From assembly GCF_902652985.1 (NCBI RefSeq), contig NC_047023.1, positions 24,614,001-24,678,000 on the forward strand: 64,000 nucleotides of DNA. Reading direction: 5' to 3'. Below, piece by piece: positions 35,701 to 48,820 of this stretch. This DNA is from Pecten maximus. Taxonomy: Eukaryota. Each line of letters opens with the position of its first letter. Position 1 is the stretch's first letter. Below the pieces are notes generated by a model. The model was not told where the DNA came from, searched no databases, and saw nothing but the letters and a program-made list of their open reading frames with translations. The position numbers were made by a program, and so were the translations under genes.

Positions 35701-38700
35701 AACAAAACTGTAATCCTAACTCAATAACAAAACTGTAATCCTGACTCAATAACAAAACTGTATTCCTGACTCAATAACAAAACTGTAATCCTAACTCAAT
35801 AACAAAACTGTAATCCTGACTCAATAACAAAACTGTAATCCTGACTCAATAACAAAACTGTATTCCTAACTCAAAAAAAAAATGTATTCCTGACTCAATA
35901 ACAAAACTGTAATCCTGACTCAATAACACAACTGTAACTCTAACTCAATAACAAAACTGTATTCCTGACTCAATAACAAAACTGTATTCCTGACTCAATA
36001 ACAAAACTGTATTCCTGACTCAATAACAAACTCTAATTTGTACTCAATAACAAAACTGTTATTCTAACTCATAAACAAAACTCTAATCCTAACTCAATAA
36101 CAAAACTGTAATCCTGACTCAATAACAAAACTGTATTCCTGACTCAATAACAAAACTGTAATCCTGACTCAATAACAAAACTGTATTCCTGACTCAATAA
36201 CAAAACTGTAATCCTAACTCAATAACAAAACTGTAATTCTAACTCAAAAACAAAACTGTATTCCTGACTCAATAACAAAACTGTATTCCTGACTCAATAA
36301 CAAAACTGTAATCCTGACTCAATAACAAAACTGTAATCCTGACTCAATAACAAAACTGTATTCCTGACTCAATAACAAAACTGTAATCCTAACTCAATAA
36401 CAAAACTGTAATCCTGACTCAATAACAAAACTGTAATCCTGACTCCAAAACAAAACTGTAATCCTAACTCAATAACAAAACTGTAATCCTGACTCAATAA
36501 CAAAACTGTAATCATGACTCAATAATAAAACTGTATTCCTGATTCAATAACAAAACTGTATTCCTGACTCAATAACAAAACTGTATTCCTGACTCAATAA
36601 CAAAACTGTAATCATAACTCAATAACAAAACTGTAATCCGGACTCATAAACAAAACTGTAATCCTAACTCATAAACAAAACTGTAATCTTGTCTCATAAA
36701 CAAAACTGTAATCCTGACTCAATAACAAAACTGTAATCCTAACTCAAAAACGAAACTGTAATCCTAACTCAAAAACAAAATTGTATTCCTGTGTCAATAA
36801 CAAAACTGTATTCCTGACTCAATAACAAAACTGTAATCCTAACTCAATAACAAAACTGTAATCCTAACTCATAAACAAAACTGTAATCCTAACTCATAAA
36901 CAAAGCTGTAATCCTGACTCAATAACAAAACTGTAATCCTAACTCAAAAACAAAACTGTAATCCTAACTCAAAAACAAAATTGTATTCCTGTCTCAATAA
37001 CAAAACTGTATTCCTGACTCAATAACAAAACTGTAATCCTAACTCAATAACAAAACTGTAATCCTGACTCAATAACAAAACTGAAATCCTGACTCAATAA
37101 CAAAACTGTATTCCTGATTCAATAACAAAACTGTAATCCTGGCTCAATAACAAAACTGTAATCCTGACTCAATAACAAAACTGTAATCCTGGCTCAATAA
37201 CAAAACTGTAATCCTGACTCAATAACAAAACTGTAATCCTGACTCAATAACAAAACTGTAATCCTGACTCAATAACAAAACTGTATTCTGACTCAATAAC
37301 AAAACTGTAATCCTGACTCAATAACAAAACTGTAATCCTGACTCAATAACAAAACTGTATTCCTGATTCAATAACAAAACTGTAATCCTGGCTCAATAAC
37401 AAAACTGTAATCCTGACTCAATAACAAACCTGTAATCCTGGCTCAATAACAAAACTGTAATCCTGACTCAATAACAAAATTGTAATCCTGACTCAATAAC
37501 AAAACTGTATTTCTGACTCAATAACAAAACTGTATTCCTGACTCAATAACAAAACTGAATTCCTGACTCAATAACAAAACTGTAATCTTAACTCAATAAC
37601 AAAACTGTAATCCTGACTCAATCACAAAACTGTAATCCTGACTCAATAACAAAGTTGTAATCCTGACTCAATAACAAAACTGTAATCTTAACTCAATAAC
37701 ACAACTGTATTCCTGACTCAATAACAAAACTGAATTCCTGACTCAATAACAAAACTGTAATCTTAACTCAATAACAAAACTGTAATCCTGACTCAATCAC
37801 AAAACTGTAATCTTAACTCAATAACAAAACTGTATTCCTGACTCAATAACAAAACTGTAATCTTAACTCAATAACAAAACTGTAATCCTGACTCAATAAC
37901 AAAACTGTAATCCTAACTCAATAACAAAACTGTAATCCTGACTCAATAACAAAACTGAATTCCTGACTCAATAACAAAACTGTAATCTTAACTCAATAAC
38001 AAAACTGTAATCCTGACTCAATAACAAAACTGTAATCCTAACTCAATAACAAAACTGTAATCCTGACTCAATAACAAAACTGTAATCATAACTCAATAAC
38101 AAAACTGTAATCCGGACTCAATAACAAAACTGTAATCCTGACTCAATAACAAAACTGTAATCCTAACTCAAAAACAAAACTGTAATCCTAACTCAAAAAC
38201 AAAATTGTATTCCTGTCTCAATAACAAAACTGTATTCCTGACTCAATAACAAAACTGTAATCCTAACTCAATAACAAAACTGTAATCCTGACTCAATAAC
38301 AAAACTGTAATCCTGACTCAATAACAAAACTGTATTCCTGATTCAATATGGCTCAATAACAAAACTGTAATCCTGACTCAATAACAAAACTGTAATCCTG
38401 GCTCAATAACAAAACTGTAATCCTGACTCAATAACAAAACTGTAATCCTGACTCAATAACAAAACTGTAATCCTGACTCAATAACAAAACTGTATTTCTG
38501 ACTCAATAACAAAACTGTAATCCTGACTCAATAACAAAACTGTAATCCTGACTCAATAACAAAACTGTAATCCTGACTCAATAACAAAACTGTAATCCTG
38601 ACTCAATAACAAAACTGTAATCCTGACTCAATAACAAAACTGTATTCCTGATTCAATAACAAAACTGTAATCCTGGCTCAATAACAAAACTGTAATCCTG

Positions 38701-40620
38701 ACTCAATAACAAAACTGTAATCCTGACTCAATAACAAAACTTGTAATCCTGACTCAATAACAAAACTGTATTTCTGACTCAATAACAAAACTGTAATCCT
38801 GACTCAATAACAAAACTGTAATCCGGACTCAATAACAAAACTGTAATCCTGACTCAATAACAAAACTGTAATCCTAACTCAAAAACAAAACTGTAATCCT
38901 AACTCAAAAACAAAATTGTATTCCTGTCTCAATAACAAAACTGTATTCCTGACTCAATAACAAAACTGTAATCCTAACTCAATAACAAAACTGTAATCCT
39001 GACTCAATAACAAAACTGTAATCCTGACTCAATAACAAAACTGTATTCCTGATTCAATATGGCTCAATAACAAAACTGTAATCCTGACTCAATAACAAAA
39101 CTGTAATCCTGGCTCAATAACAAAACTGTAATCCTGACTCAATAACAAAACTGTAATCCTGACTCAATAACAAAACTGTAATCCTGACTCAATAACAAAA
39201 CTGTATTCCTGACTCAATAACAAAACTGTAATCCTGACTCAATAACAAAACTGTAATCCTGACTCAATAACAAAACTGTAATCCTGACTCAATAACAAAA
39301 CTGTAATCCTGACTCAATAACAAAACTGTAATCCTGACTCAATAACAAAACTGTATTCCTGATTCAATAACAAAACTGTAATCCTGGCTCAATAACAAAA
39401 CTGTAATCCTGACTCAATAACAAAACTGTAATCCTGGCTCAATAACAAAACTGTAATCCTGACTCAATAACAAAATTGTAATCCTGACTCAATAACAAAA
39501 CTGTATTTCTGACTCAATAACAAAACTGTATTCCTGACTCAATAACAAAACTGTAATCCTGACTCAATAACAAAACTGTAATCTTAACTCAATAACAAAA
39601 TTGTAATCCTGACTCAATAACAAAACTGTATTTCTGACTCAATAACAAAACTGCAATCCTGACTCAATCACAAAACTGTAATCCTGACTCAATAACAAAG
39701 TTTTAATCCTGACTCAATAACAAAACTGTAATCTTAACTCAATAACACAACTGTATTCCTGACTCAATAACAAAACTGAATTCCTGTCTCAATAACAAAA
39801 CTGTAATCTTAACTCAATAACAAAACTGTAATCCTGACTCAATCACAAAACTGTAATCTTAACTCAATAACAAAACTGTATTCCTGACTCAATAACAAAA
39901 CTGTAATCCAAACTCAATAACAAAACTGTAATCCAAACTCAATAACAAAACTGTAATCCTGACTCAAAAACAAAACTGTAATCCAAACTCAATAACAAAA
40001 CTGTAATCCTAACTCAATAACAAAACTGTAATCCTGACTCAATCACAAAACTGTAATCCTGACTCAATAACAAAACTGTAATCCTGACTCAATAACAAAA
40101 CTGTAATCCTGACTCAATAACAAAACTGTAATTCCTAACTCAATAACAAAACTGTAATCCTGACTCAATAACAAAATTGTATTCCTGACTCAATAACAAA
40201 ACTGTATTCCTGACTCAAATCAAAACTGTAATCCAAACTCAATAACAAAACTGTAATCCTGACTCAATAACAAAACTGTAATTCTAACTCATAAACAAAA
40301 CTGTATTCCAAACTCAATAACAAAACTGTAATCCTGACTCAATAACAAAACTGTATTCCTGACTCAATAACAAAACTGTAATCCTGACTCAATAACAAAA
40401 CTGTAATCCGGACTCAATAACAAAACTGTAATCCTGACTAAATAACACAACTGTAATTATGACTCAATAACAAAACTGTATTCCTGACTCAATAACAAAA
40501 CTGTATTCCTGACTCAAAACCAAAACTGTCATCCTAACGCATAAACAAAACTGTCATCCTAACCCATAAACAAAACTGTAATCCTGACTCAAAACCAAAA
40601 CTGTAATCCTAACTCAAAAT
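32720..40620. repeat. 25-bp satellite (AATAACAAAACTGTAATCCTGACTC)n, ~7.9 kb, ~310 copies, in the first coding intron
   Basis: Directly visible; degenerate edges, homogeneous core, internal ~2.1-kb and ~0.7-kb duplications. Confidence 0.98.
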
Positions 40621-41227
40621 TGTTAAAACGGATATATGTATGAATATTGAAAATAAAGATATTACTTAGACTCCGTCGAAAACGTACAAGGAGAAGACGC
40701 CTTGACTATACTGTCATTTCAGATAAATTCAATTTGGTTTCATCTCCACGAACCTTGGTTATACCTCAGCAACATCCATTATATTACCACAAGTTGTGGA
40801 GGTATATATCAGTTATTGATTCATTTACATGTTTTCTAAGTTACATTTAAAGTCATGGTAACTATTTCTAAAACCTTAATAAACATCTGTAAAACATAAA
40901 CTAAAAGCTACTATATAACCCTTAATCAGAGATGTAGTAACTTATCAAAAAATCATTTTATAGGCCAGCTATGGAAAAACGCCTTACGTATACAGAAATA
41001 CTGGTATTTAATTATCTTTATCAGAAAATAATTTTATCGAGTTTCTATATTACTTGTAAACGAAAAATGAAAAAAAAAAGGATTGCATAATGTTATCCCT
41101 GACACCGTACACAGGGTATGGGAATATGATTTGTTTGAGAAGGGAGGAAATACCATTAAAACTGCGTTACAATGTCTCGAATTTAAATATAAATTACTAG
41201 TATAGTATGCTGGTGATGTATACTAAC

Positions 41228-41327
41228 CATGTATAGCAGGGATGAGGAAGATTCCGACCACTAACGTTCCGGCTACCCGAGAGAGCCAACCGACAGTAGA
41301 TAGACACCTTCTCCGCTCCGGGACCAT
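41228..41327 (-). CDS. FN3/mucin membrane protein, first coding exon (signal peptide)
   Basis: MVPERRRCLSTVGWLSRVAGTLVVGIFLIPAIH(G); G|GTTAGT phase-1 donor joins 32198 in frame; upstream acceptor near 41432. Confidence 0.7.
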
Positions 41328-43082
41328 TTCTGTCGCTGTAAGCACTGTTCCAACATTGACTACCCAATCCAATGGGCCGTAAAATCCTTGTCGTTAGTTT
41401 TCCTGATCCAACAAACACTTAACACAGACACTGTATGTATATAAGTAGCTTCACTAACTTTCTATGTAAAAATAATTATTATCGAATTGTATACCCTATC
41501 ACGTAAAATATCGTCTTATGAACCAAAAATGAGCTTTCTTGATAACTTATTCTGTAAATAAAATAGCGTAACCCAGAAACTGAAGAGACATAACTTACAC
41601 CTCTTTTTTACAAAACAGCTTAGATACCTAAAGCAGCTGGCGTTTTAAACGGTTACAATAACATCGCGTGTCAGTTACAACATTCATGTCACAGTTTTGA
41701 TATATAACTCTATAAATAACAGCTATGTATTCTTAAATATATGAGTTTGCGTTTGCATATTGTTTGACCGAGGGCGGCTTACTGATAATCGACAGTATGA
41801 AAACCTAGATAAAATCCTAATTGGTATTTGCCACTGTCCGATAAGCGGGTGGGACGCGCTCTTTGACATTTCCACAATACTGCCGCTTATATCATTGATG
41901 AGTTAAATGGAACCGCACTTAATTTGCCTGAATGCCTATGCTGGGGAGAAAAATCTTTCATTGTATGGAAAGTACACGGAGATTAAGAAAATCCAATCAG
42001 CATCATTTATATAAGGAACGTCCAAACCCTCTATCGCTAACAAGGTCAGTAGGTTGGACTAGTGATTGAAAAATGACGGAATTTAGCCGAAGACGATTTG
42101 TAATGTAGGAGATTATATGGCATGTCCGGGTATAAAGCTTTAAATATTGATTAAATTTGTCCAGAGAATGGATGGTCCTACACACCGGCCATCAGGAAGA
42201 AAAATGTCACGTCAAGTCATATGTACGTGTGTCTGGCAACAGGAACTTGACGCACGTTCCCACCTCACGATTCATACATTATAGATATTATACGTATATG
42301 AACCGTGGGCTGGGAGTTTGTTGTACCAAGTCCCTGTGTCTCTGGTCGCCGTTTTCTAAAAAGTTCTTTCTGCAGATTTGTGAAAAGTGAAATTAATAGT
42401 ATTTAAATATTTGTAAATTTTATTTCGGGCTCATCATCGGTACTCGCTATGCGATATATCAATAAAGGAGATGAATCATTACACTTATACAGTGTCGCGT
42501 GATATAAAGTTAGTTTACGTAAATAGTATGGGTTCAATATGCTTTCAAACAGTTAATGATGTTCCATTGGAATGTGCGACCATACGTGCGTGCGCGCGCG
42601 TCCGTCCGAAAGGTTTTTCGGGCTACAACTACAACAAAACAGAATCACAGAATCACAGTCTTCCTGTCGTCGAAAGCTTGCTTAAGCTTGTTCGGTGACA
42701 CTTGATTGTCATTTCTTTATAAGGAAAAAGTTCCATTTAATTCCATAAGCTTCCTGTATAAATTGGGCTAGTGCCTTAGTTAGGCCTTTTCCTAATGACG
42801 ACATTTCCTTTTTTTATATTTTATTTTCTGTTACCATGGAAACAATCAAAAACACAAAATTACTTTTTACTTTTCTTTCCGGGCTAAAACTTTAAGCTCG
42901 TTCCACTCAACTCCAAAAAAACATTCCGTATAAGTTGGGTTAGTGCCGTACATATAGTTGTGCCTTTTCCTAATGACGACATTTCATTTTCTATATTTAT
43001 TTTGTTACCATGAAAACATTGTCCAAAACACGCAACTTTCCTTTCCGGACTACGACATCAAAACCGTTCCACTCAAGTTCAC

Positions 43083-44640
43083 CCGATCACATCCCTCACT
43101 TGATCACATTCCCTCCCCCAATCACATTCTCTCCCTCGATCACATTCCCTCCCCCACTCACATTCCCTCCCCCAATCACATTCTCTCCCTCGATCACATT
43201 CCCTCCCCCACTCACATTCCCTCCCCCGATCACATTCCCTCCCTCACTCACATTCCCTCCCCCACTCACATTCCCTCCCCCACTCACATTCTCTCCCTCG
43301 ATCACATTCCCTCCCCCACTCACATTCCCTCCCCGATCACATTCCCTCCCCGATCACATTCCCTCCCCCACTCACATTCCCTCCCTCGATCACATTCCCT
43401 CCCCCACTCACATTCCCTTCCCCACTCACATTCTCTCCCTCGATCACATTCCCTCCCCCACTCACATTCCCTCCCCGATCACATTCCCTCTCCGATCACA
43501 TTCCCTCCCCCACTCACATTCCCTCCCTCGATCACATTCCCTCCCCACTCACATTCCCTCCCCACTCACATTCCCTCCCCACTCACATTTTCCTCCCCCA
43601 CTCACATTCCCTCCCCGATCACATTCCCTCCCCCACTCACATTCCCTCCCCCACTCACATTCCCTCCCCCACTCACATTCCCTCCCTCGATCACATTCCC
43701 TCCCCCACTCACATTCCCTCCCCGATCACATTCCCTCCCCGATCACACTCCCTCTCCCGATCACATTCCCTCCCCCACTCACATTCCCTCCCCCGATCAC
43801 ATTCCCTCCCCCGATCACATTCCCTCCCCCACCACATTCCCTCCCCCACCCACATTCCCTCCCCCATTCACATTCCCTCCCCCACTCACATTCCCTCACC
43901 AACTCACATTCCCCCCGATCACATTCCCTCCCCCGATCACATTCCCTCCCCCACTCACATTCTCTCCCTCGATCACATTCCCTCCCCCACTCACATTCCC
44001 TCCCTCGATCACATTCCCTCCCCCACTCACATTCCCTCCCCCGATCACATTCCCTCCCCGATCACACTCCCTCTCCCGATCACATTCCCTCCCCCACTCA
44101 CATTCCCTCCCCCGATCACATTCCCTCCCCCGATCACATTCCCTCCCCCGATCACATTCCCTCCCCCACTCACATTCCCTCCCCCACCCACATTCCCTCC
44201 CCCATTCACATTCCCTCCCCCACTCACATTCCCTCACCAACTCACATTCCCTCCCCCGATCACATTCCCTCCCCCGATCACATTCCCTCCCCCACTCACA
44301 TTCTCTCCCTCGATCACATTCCCTCCCCCACTCACATTCTCTCCCCCGATCACATTCCCTCCCCCACTCACATTCCCTCCCCCGATCACATTCCCTCCCC
44401 GATCACATTCCCTCCCCCACTCACATTCCCTCCCTCGATCACATTCCCTCCCCCACTCACATTATCTCCCCCACTCACATTCCCTCCCCCACTCACATTC
44501 CCTCTCCCACTCACATTCCCTCCCCCACTCACATTCCCTCACCAACTCACATTCCCTCTCCCACTCACTCCCTCGATCATATTTCCTCACCGATCGTATT
44601 CCCTTACCCGATCATATGTCCTCTTTGACCACATTCCCTC
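43083..44640. repeat. 17-18 bp C-rich minisatellite (CACATTCCCTCCCCCACT / ...CGAT)
   Basis: About 85 units; decays toward ~44800. Confidence 0.95.
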
Positions 44641-45192
44641 GTTAGATCGCATTCCTTCATTAGATCACATTCCTTCACTAAATTGCATTCCTCCATTAGA
44701 TTGCATTTCTCACTCGATCACACTATCTCACTAAATAACATTCCCTCACTCAATCACACTCCTTCTCTCGATCAAATTACCTCACCCGATCACATTTCCT
44801 CACTCGAATTTTGTTACACTGTCTGGAGACAAAGGTGACTTCCGGCTTCATATGGTCTATTGTGATTTACTTTACTTTTTACTTTAGATTAAACATTGTT
44901 CTGAACAGATATTAAGCGAGTATGATATAAAGATCACTTTTCTCCACATGATGCTTCATATCTTAAATATGACGATTACATGAGCAAGCCTACAATTGAA
45001 TAGTATTCGTTATTTTGACAACTGAGATACGTTCACAAGCGATTATTCAAATACGTCAACTACATTTGACAAAGTCAACAGGAACTACCTATAATCGTCA
45101 AAAACAAACCCCAAACCAAGCCTCTTTATGGCAGTGTACCGAATGACCTGTATACTCAGATAAGCACATCAATGAGGAGATAAGTATGTCTA

Positions 45193-46963
45193 ATGACCAC
45201 TACTTAGTAATGTATACGATACATACCACGTATCTGTCCTGGGGAGGGATGACCACTACTTAGTAATGTATACGATACATACCACGTATCTGTCCTGGGG
45301 AGGGATGACCACTACTTAGTAATGTATACAATACATACCACGTATCTGTCCTAGGGAGGGATGACCACTACTTAGTAATGTATACGATACATACCACGTA
45401 TCTGTCCTAGGGAGGGATGACCACTACCTAGTAATGTATACGATACATACCACGTATCTGTCCTAGGGAGGGATGACCAGTACTTAATAATGTATACGAT
45501 ACATACCACGTATCTGTCCTGGGGAGGGATGACCACTACTTAGTAATGTATACGATACATACCACGTATCTGTCCTAGAGAGGGATGACCACTACTTAGT
45601 CATGTATACGATATATACCACGTATCTGTCCTGGGGAGGGATGACCACTACTTAGTAATGTATACGATACATACCACGTATCTGTCCTGGGGAGGGATGA
45701 CCACTACTTAGTAATGTATACGATACATACCACGTATCTGTCCTGGGGAGGGATGACCACTACTTAGTAATGTATACGATACATACCACGTATCTGTCCT
45801 GGGGAGGGATGACCAGTACTTAGTAATGTATACGATACATACCACGTATCTGTCCTAGGGAGGGATGACCAGTACTTAGTAATGTATACGATACATACCA
45901 CGTATCTGTCCTGGGGAGGGATGACCACTACTTAGTAATGTATACGATACATACCACTTATCTGTCCTGGGGAGGGATGACCACTACTTAGTAATGTATA
46001 CGATACATACCACGTGTCTGTCCTGGGGAGGGATGACCACTACTTAGTAATGTATACGATACATACCACGTATCTGTCCTGGGGAGGGATGACCACTACT
46101 TAGTAATGTATACGATACATACCACGTATCTGTCCTGGGGAGGGATGACCACTACTTAGCAATGTATACGATACATACCACGTATCTGTCCTGAGGAGGG
46201 ATGACCAGTACTTAGTAATGTATACGATACATACCACGTATCTGTCCTGGGGAGGGATGACCACTACTTAGTAATATATACGATACATACCACGTATCTC
46301 TCCTGGGGAGGGATGACCACTACTTAGCAATGTATACGATACATACCACGTATCTGTCCTGAGGAGGGATGACCAGTACTTAGTAATGTATACGATACAT
46401 ACCACGTATCTGTCCTGGGGAGGGATGACCACTACTTAGTAATATATACGATACATACCACGTATCTCTCCTGAGGAGGGATGACCACTACTTAGTAATG
46501 TATACGATACATACCACGTATCTGTCCTGGGGAGGGATGACCACTACTTAGTAATGTATACGATACATACCACGTATCTGTCCTGGGGAGGGATGTATAC
46601 GATACATACCACGTGTCTGTCCTGGGGAGGGATGACCACTACTTAGTAATGTATACGATACATACCACGTATCTGTCCTGGGGAGGGATGACCACTACTT
46701 AGTAATGTATACGATACATACCACGTATCTGTCCTGGGGAGGGATGTATACGATACATACCACGTGTCTGTCCTGGGGAGGGATGACCACTACTTAGTAA
46801 TGTATACGATACATACCACGTATCTGTCCTGGGGAGGGATGACCACTACTTAGTAATGTATACGATACATACCACGTATCTGTCCTGGGGAGGGATGACC
46901 ACTACTTAGTAATGTATACGATACATACCACGTATCTGTCCTGGGAAGGGATGACCAGTACTT
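45193..46963. repeat. 56-bp minisatellite, ~32 copies
   Basis: ATGACCACTACTTAGTAATGTATACGATACATACCACGTATCTGTCCTGGGGAGGG repeated head to tail. Confidence 0.97.
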
Positions 46964-47852
46964 CGTTTAGCCGGTATAGAGAGGATACAAATCAAGTTAC
47001 TGACCTCTACATACTCAGCTAGGAATAAAACTAAAATGAAACAAAAAGCAATGAAATGAATTCAAACTAAATTCAGTTGTAGGTAATAGTTTACCAAATG
47101 ACATAAGTCCAGCTTGAATTAAATGTTTTCAGTTAAAATTGTGAAAAAAAATTAAACCTGATGTAGTGCTATGCAAAATGTTATATGTGAAATGGTCAGT
47201 ACAGTCCACATAATAAGGTATATAGATTGTAGGAACAATAAGTGTACCCTGGTGACAATAACATATATCTAGGGGTGATATAATGGGCTTAAATTTTCAT
47301 TCTGGGTCATAGAAACGTGCCGAGCTCCTGTGCTTCCATCTACATCTGAGATTGTCCATGTGATTGGATTCCTCTGGTTTACCTGTGATTCGATGTTGGT
47401 AGTTGCGCTTTCATTGGGAACCAAGCCAATAAAGAGAGTAAGTGTCGTAGAGTAGAACCATATACACACAATGTTTATAAGACAGACCGATGGACATACA
47501 GACATTTTCTCTTTTACAAGACATTATGTCTATCAAACAACATCAACATTTAAGTAATGAGCAAAATTCTCTCATCATTTCCTGGAGATTCACTGACATA
47601 ATATTTACCATTAAATTTTCCGATTTATGATCCCCAAATTGCACAATAGATTCTGTGAATGTTAATATCCTACAAATAAATGAAAGGGAAATACTGAGCT
47701 GAGTACACCGTTAACGGGAGCTAGTACCGAGTGTTAACATTGTTGTCAGGTAAGTGGGTTTCCTATATACGGGTAACGTTACAGATAACGAAAATGGTTT
47801 CTTATTTCGTATCCCCGATCATAACATTCATATCTTAATGTGTTTACGCGTG

Positions 47853-48527
47853 ACCGCTGGTCAATATCCGTCTATAAAGACACGACCAGCGCTGGTCAAT
47901 GTCCGTCTATAAAGACACGACCACCGCTGGTCAATATCCGTCTGTAAAGACACGACCACCGCTGGTCAATATCCGTCGATAAAGACACGGACACCGCTGG
48001 TCAATATCCGTCTATAAAGAAACGGACACCGCTGGTCAATATCCGTCTGTAAAGACACGACCACCGCTGGTCAATATCCGTCTGTAAAGACACGGACACC
48101 GCTGGTCAATATCCGTCTATAAAGACACCACCACCGCTGGTCAATATCCGTCTGTAAAGACACGACCACCGCTGGTCAATATCCGTCTAAAAAGACACGA
48201 CCACCGCTGGTCAATATCTGTCTATAAAGACACGACCACCGCTGGTCAACCGTCTATAAAGACACGACCACCGCTGGTCAATATCCGTCTAAAAAGACAC
48301 GACCACCGCTGGTCAATATCCGTCTATAAAGACACGACCACCGCTGGTCAATATCCGTCTATAAAGACACGACCACCGCTGGCCAATATCCGTCTAAAAA
48401 GACACGACCACCGCTGGTCAATATCCGTCTATAAAGACACGACCACCGCTGGTCAATATCCGTCTATAAAGACACTACCACCGCTGGTCAATATCCGTCT
48501 ATAAAGACGCGGACACCGCTGGTCAAT
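47853..48527. repeat. 35-bp minisatellite, ~19 copies
   Basis: CCGCTGGTCAATATCCGTCTATAAAGACACGACCA repeated. Confidence 0.97.
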
Positions 48528-48529
48528 AT

Positions 48530-48745
48530 AAGTCATATTTCAGGTTGCAACATCGCAATTTTGCAATTAATTGTCTATATTTATAAGTCATAAAAGAGAA
48601 GACGTAGTGTTCAGTTTTCACACAGTATTCAAAACTTACGTAGACCTGTACGTGGTTTTTTTTCACGTTGACACGTCCCGAATCGTTCCACAGTTCTAGG
48701 TACCACGTTTTATTGTCTTCTGGAATTATTGCTTGTTTTGCCACA
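48530..48745 (-). pseudogene. LINE 3' fragment related to the element at 26.4-27 kb
   Basis: EDNKTWYLELWNDSG and MTYKYRQLIAKLRCCNLK parallel EDETTWYRQMWNDSG and MNYKHRQTLAKFRCGNLK. Confidence 0.8.
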
Positions 48746-48747
48746 GG

Positions 48748-48820
48748 TCCTAGCCTCGTCTGTCAATACATCCAATATATAATCATTATATATTGGATGT
48801 ATTGACAGACGAGGCTAGGA
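48748..48820. repeat. Perfect 73-bp palindrome (36-bp arms, 1-nt loop); miniature inverted-repeat element
   Basis: TCCTAGCCTCGTCTGTCAATACATCCAATATATAAT C ATTATATATTGGATGTATTGACAGACGAGGCTAGGA. Confidence 0.95.

Noticed and set aside
42958-44734. 556-aa and 574-aa Pro/His-rich ORFs
   Set aside because: By-products of a stop-free C-rich minisatellite; the frames interchange at each indel
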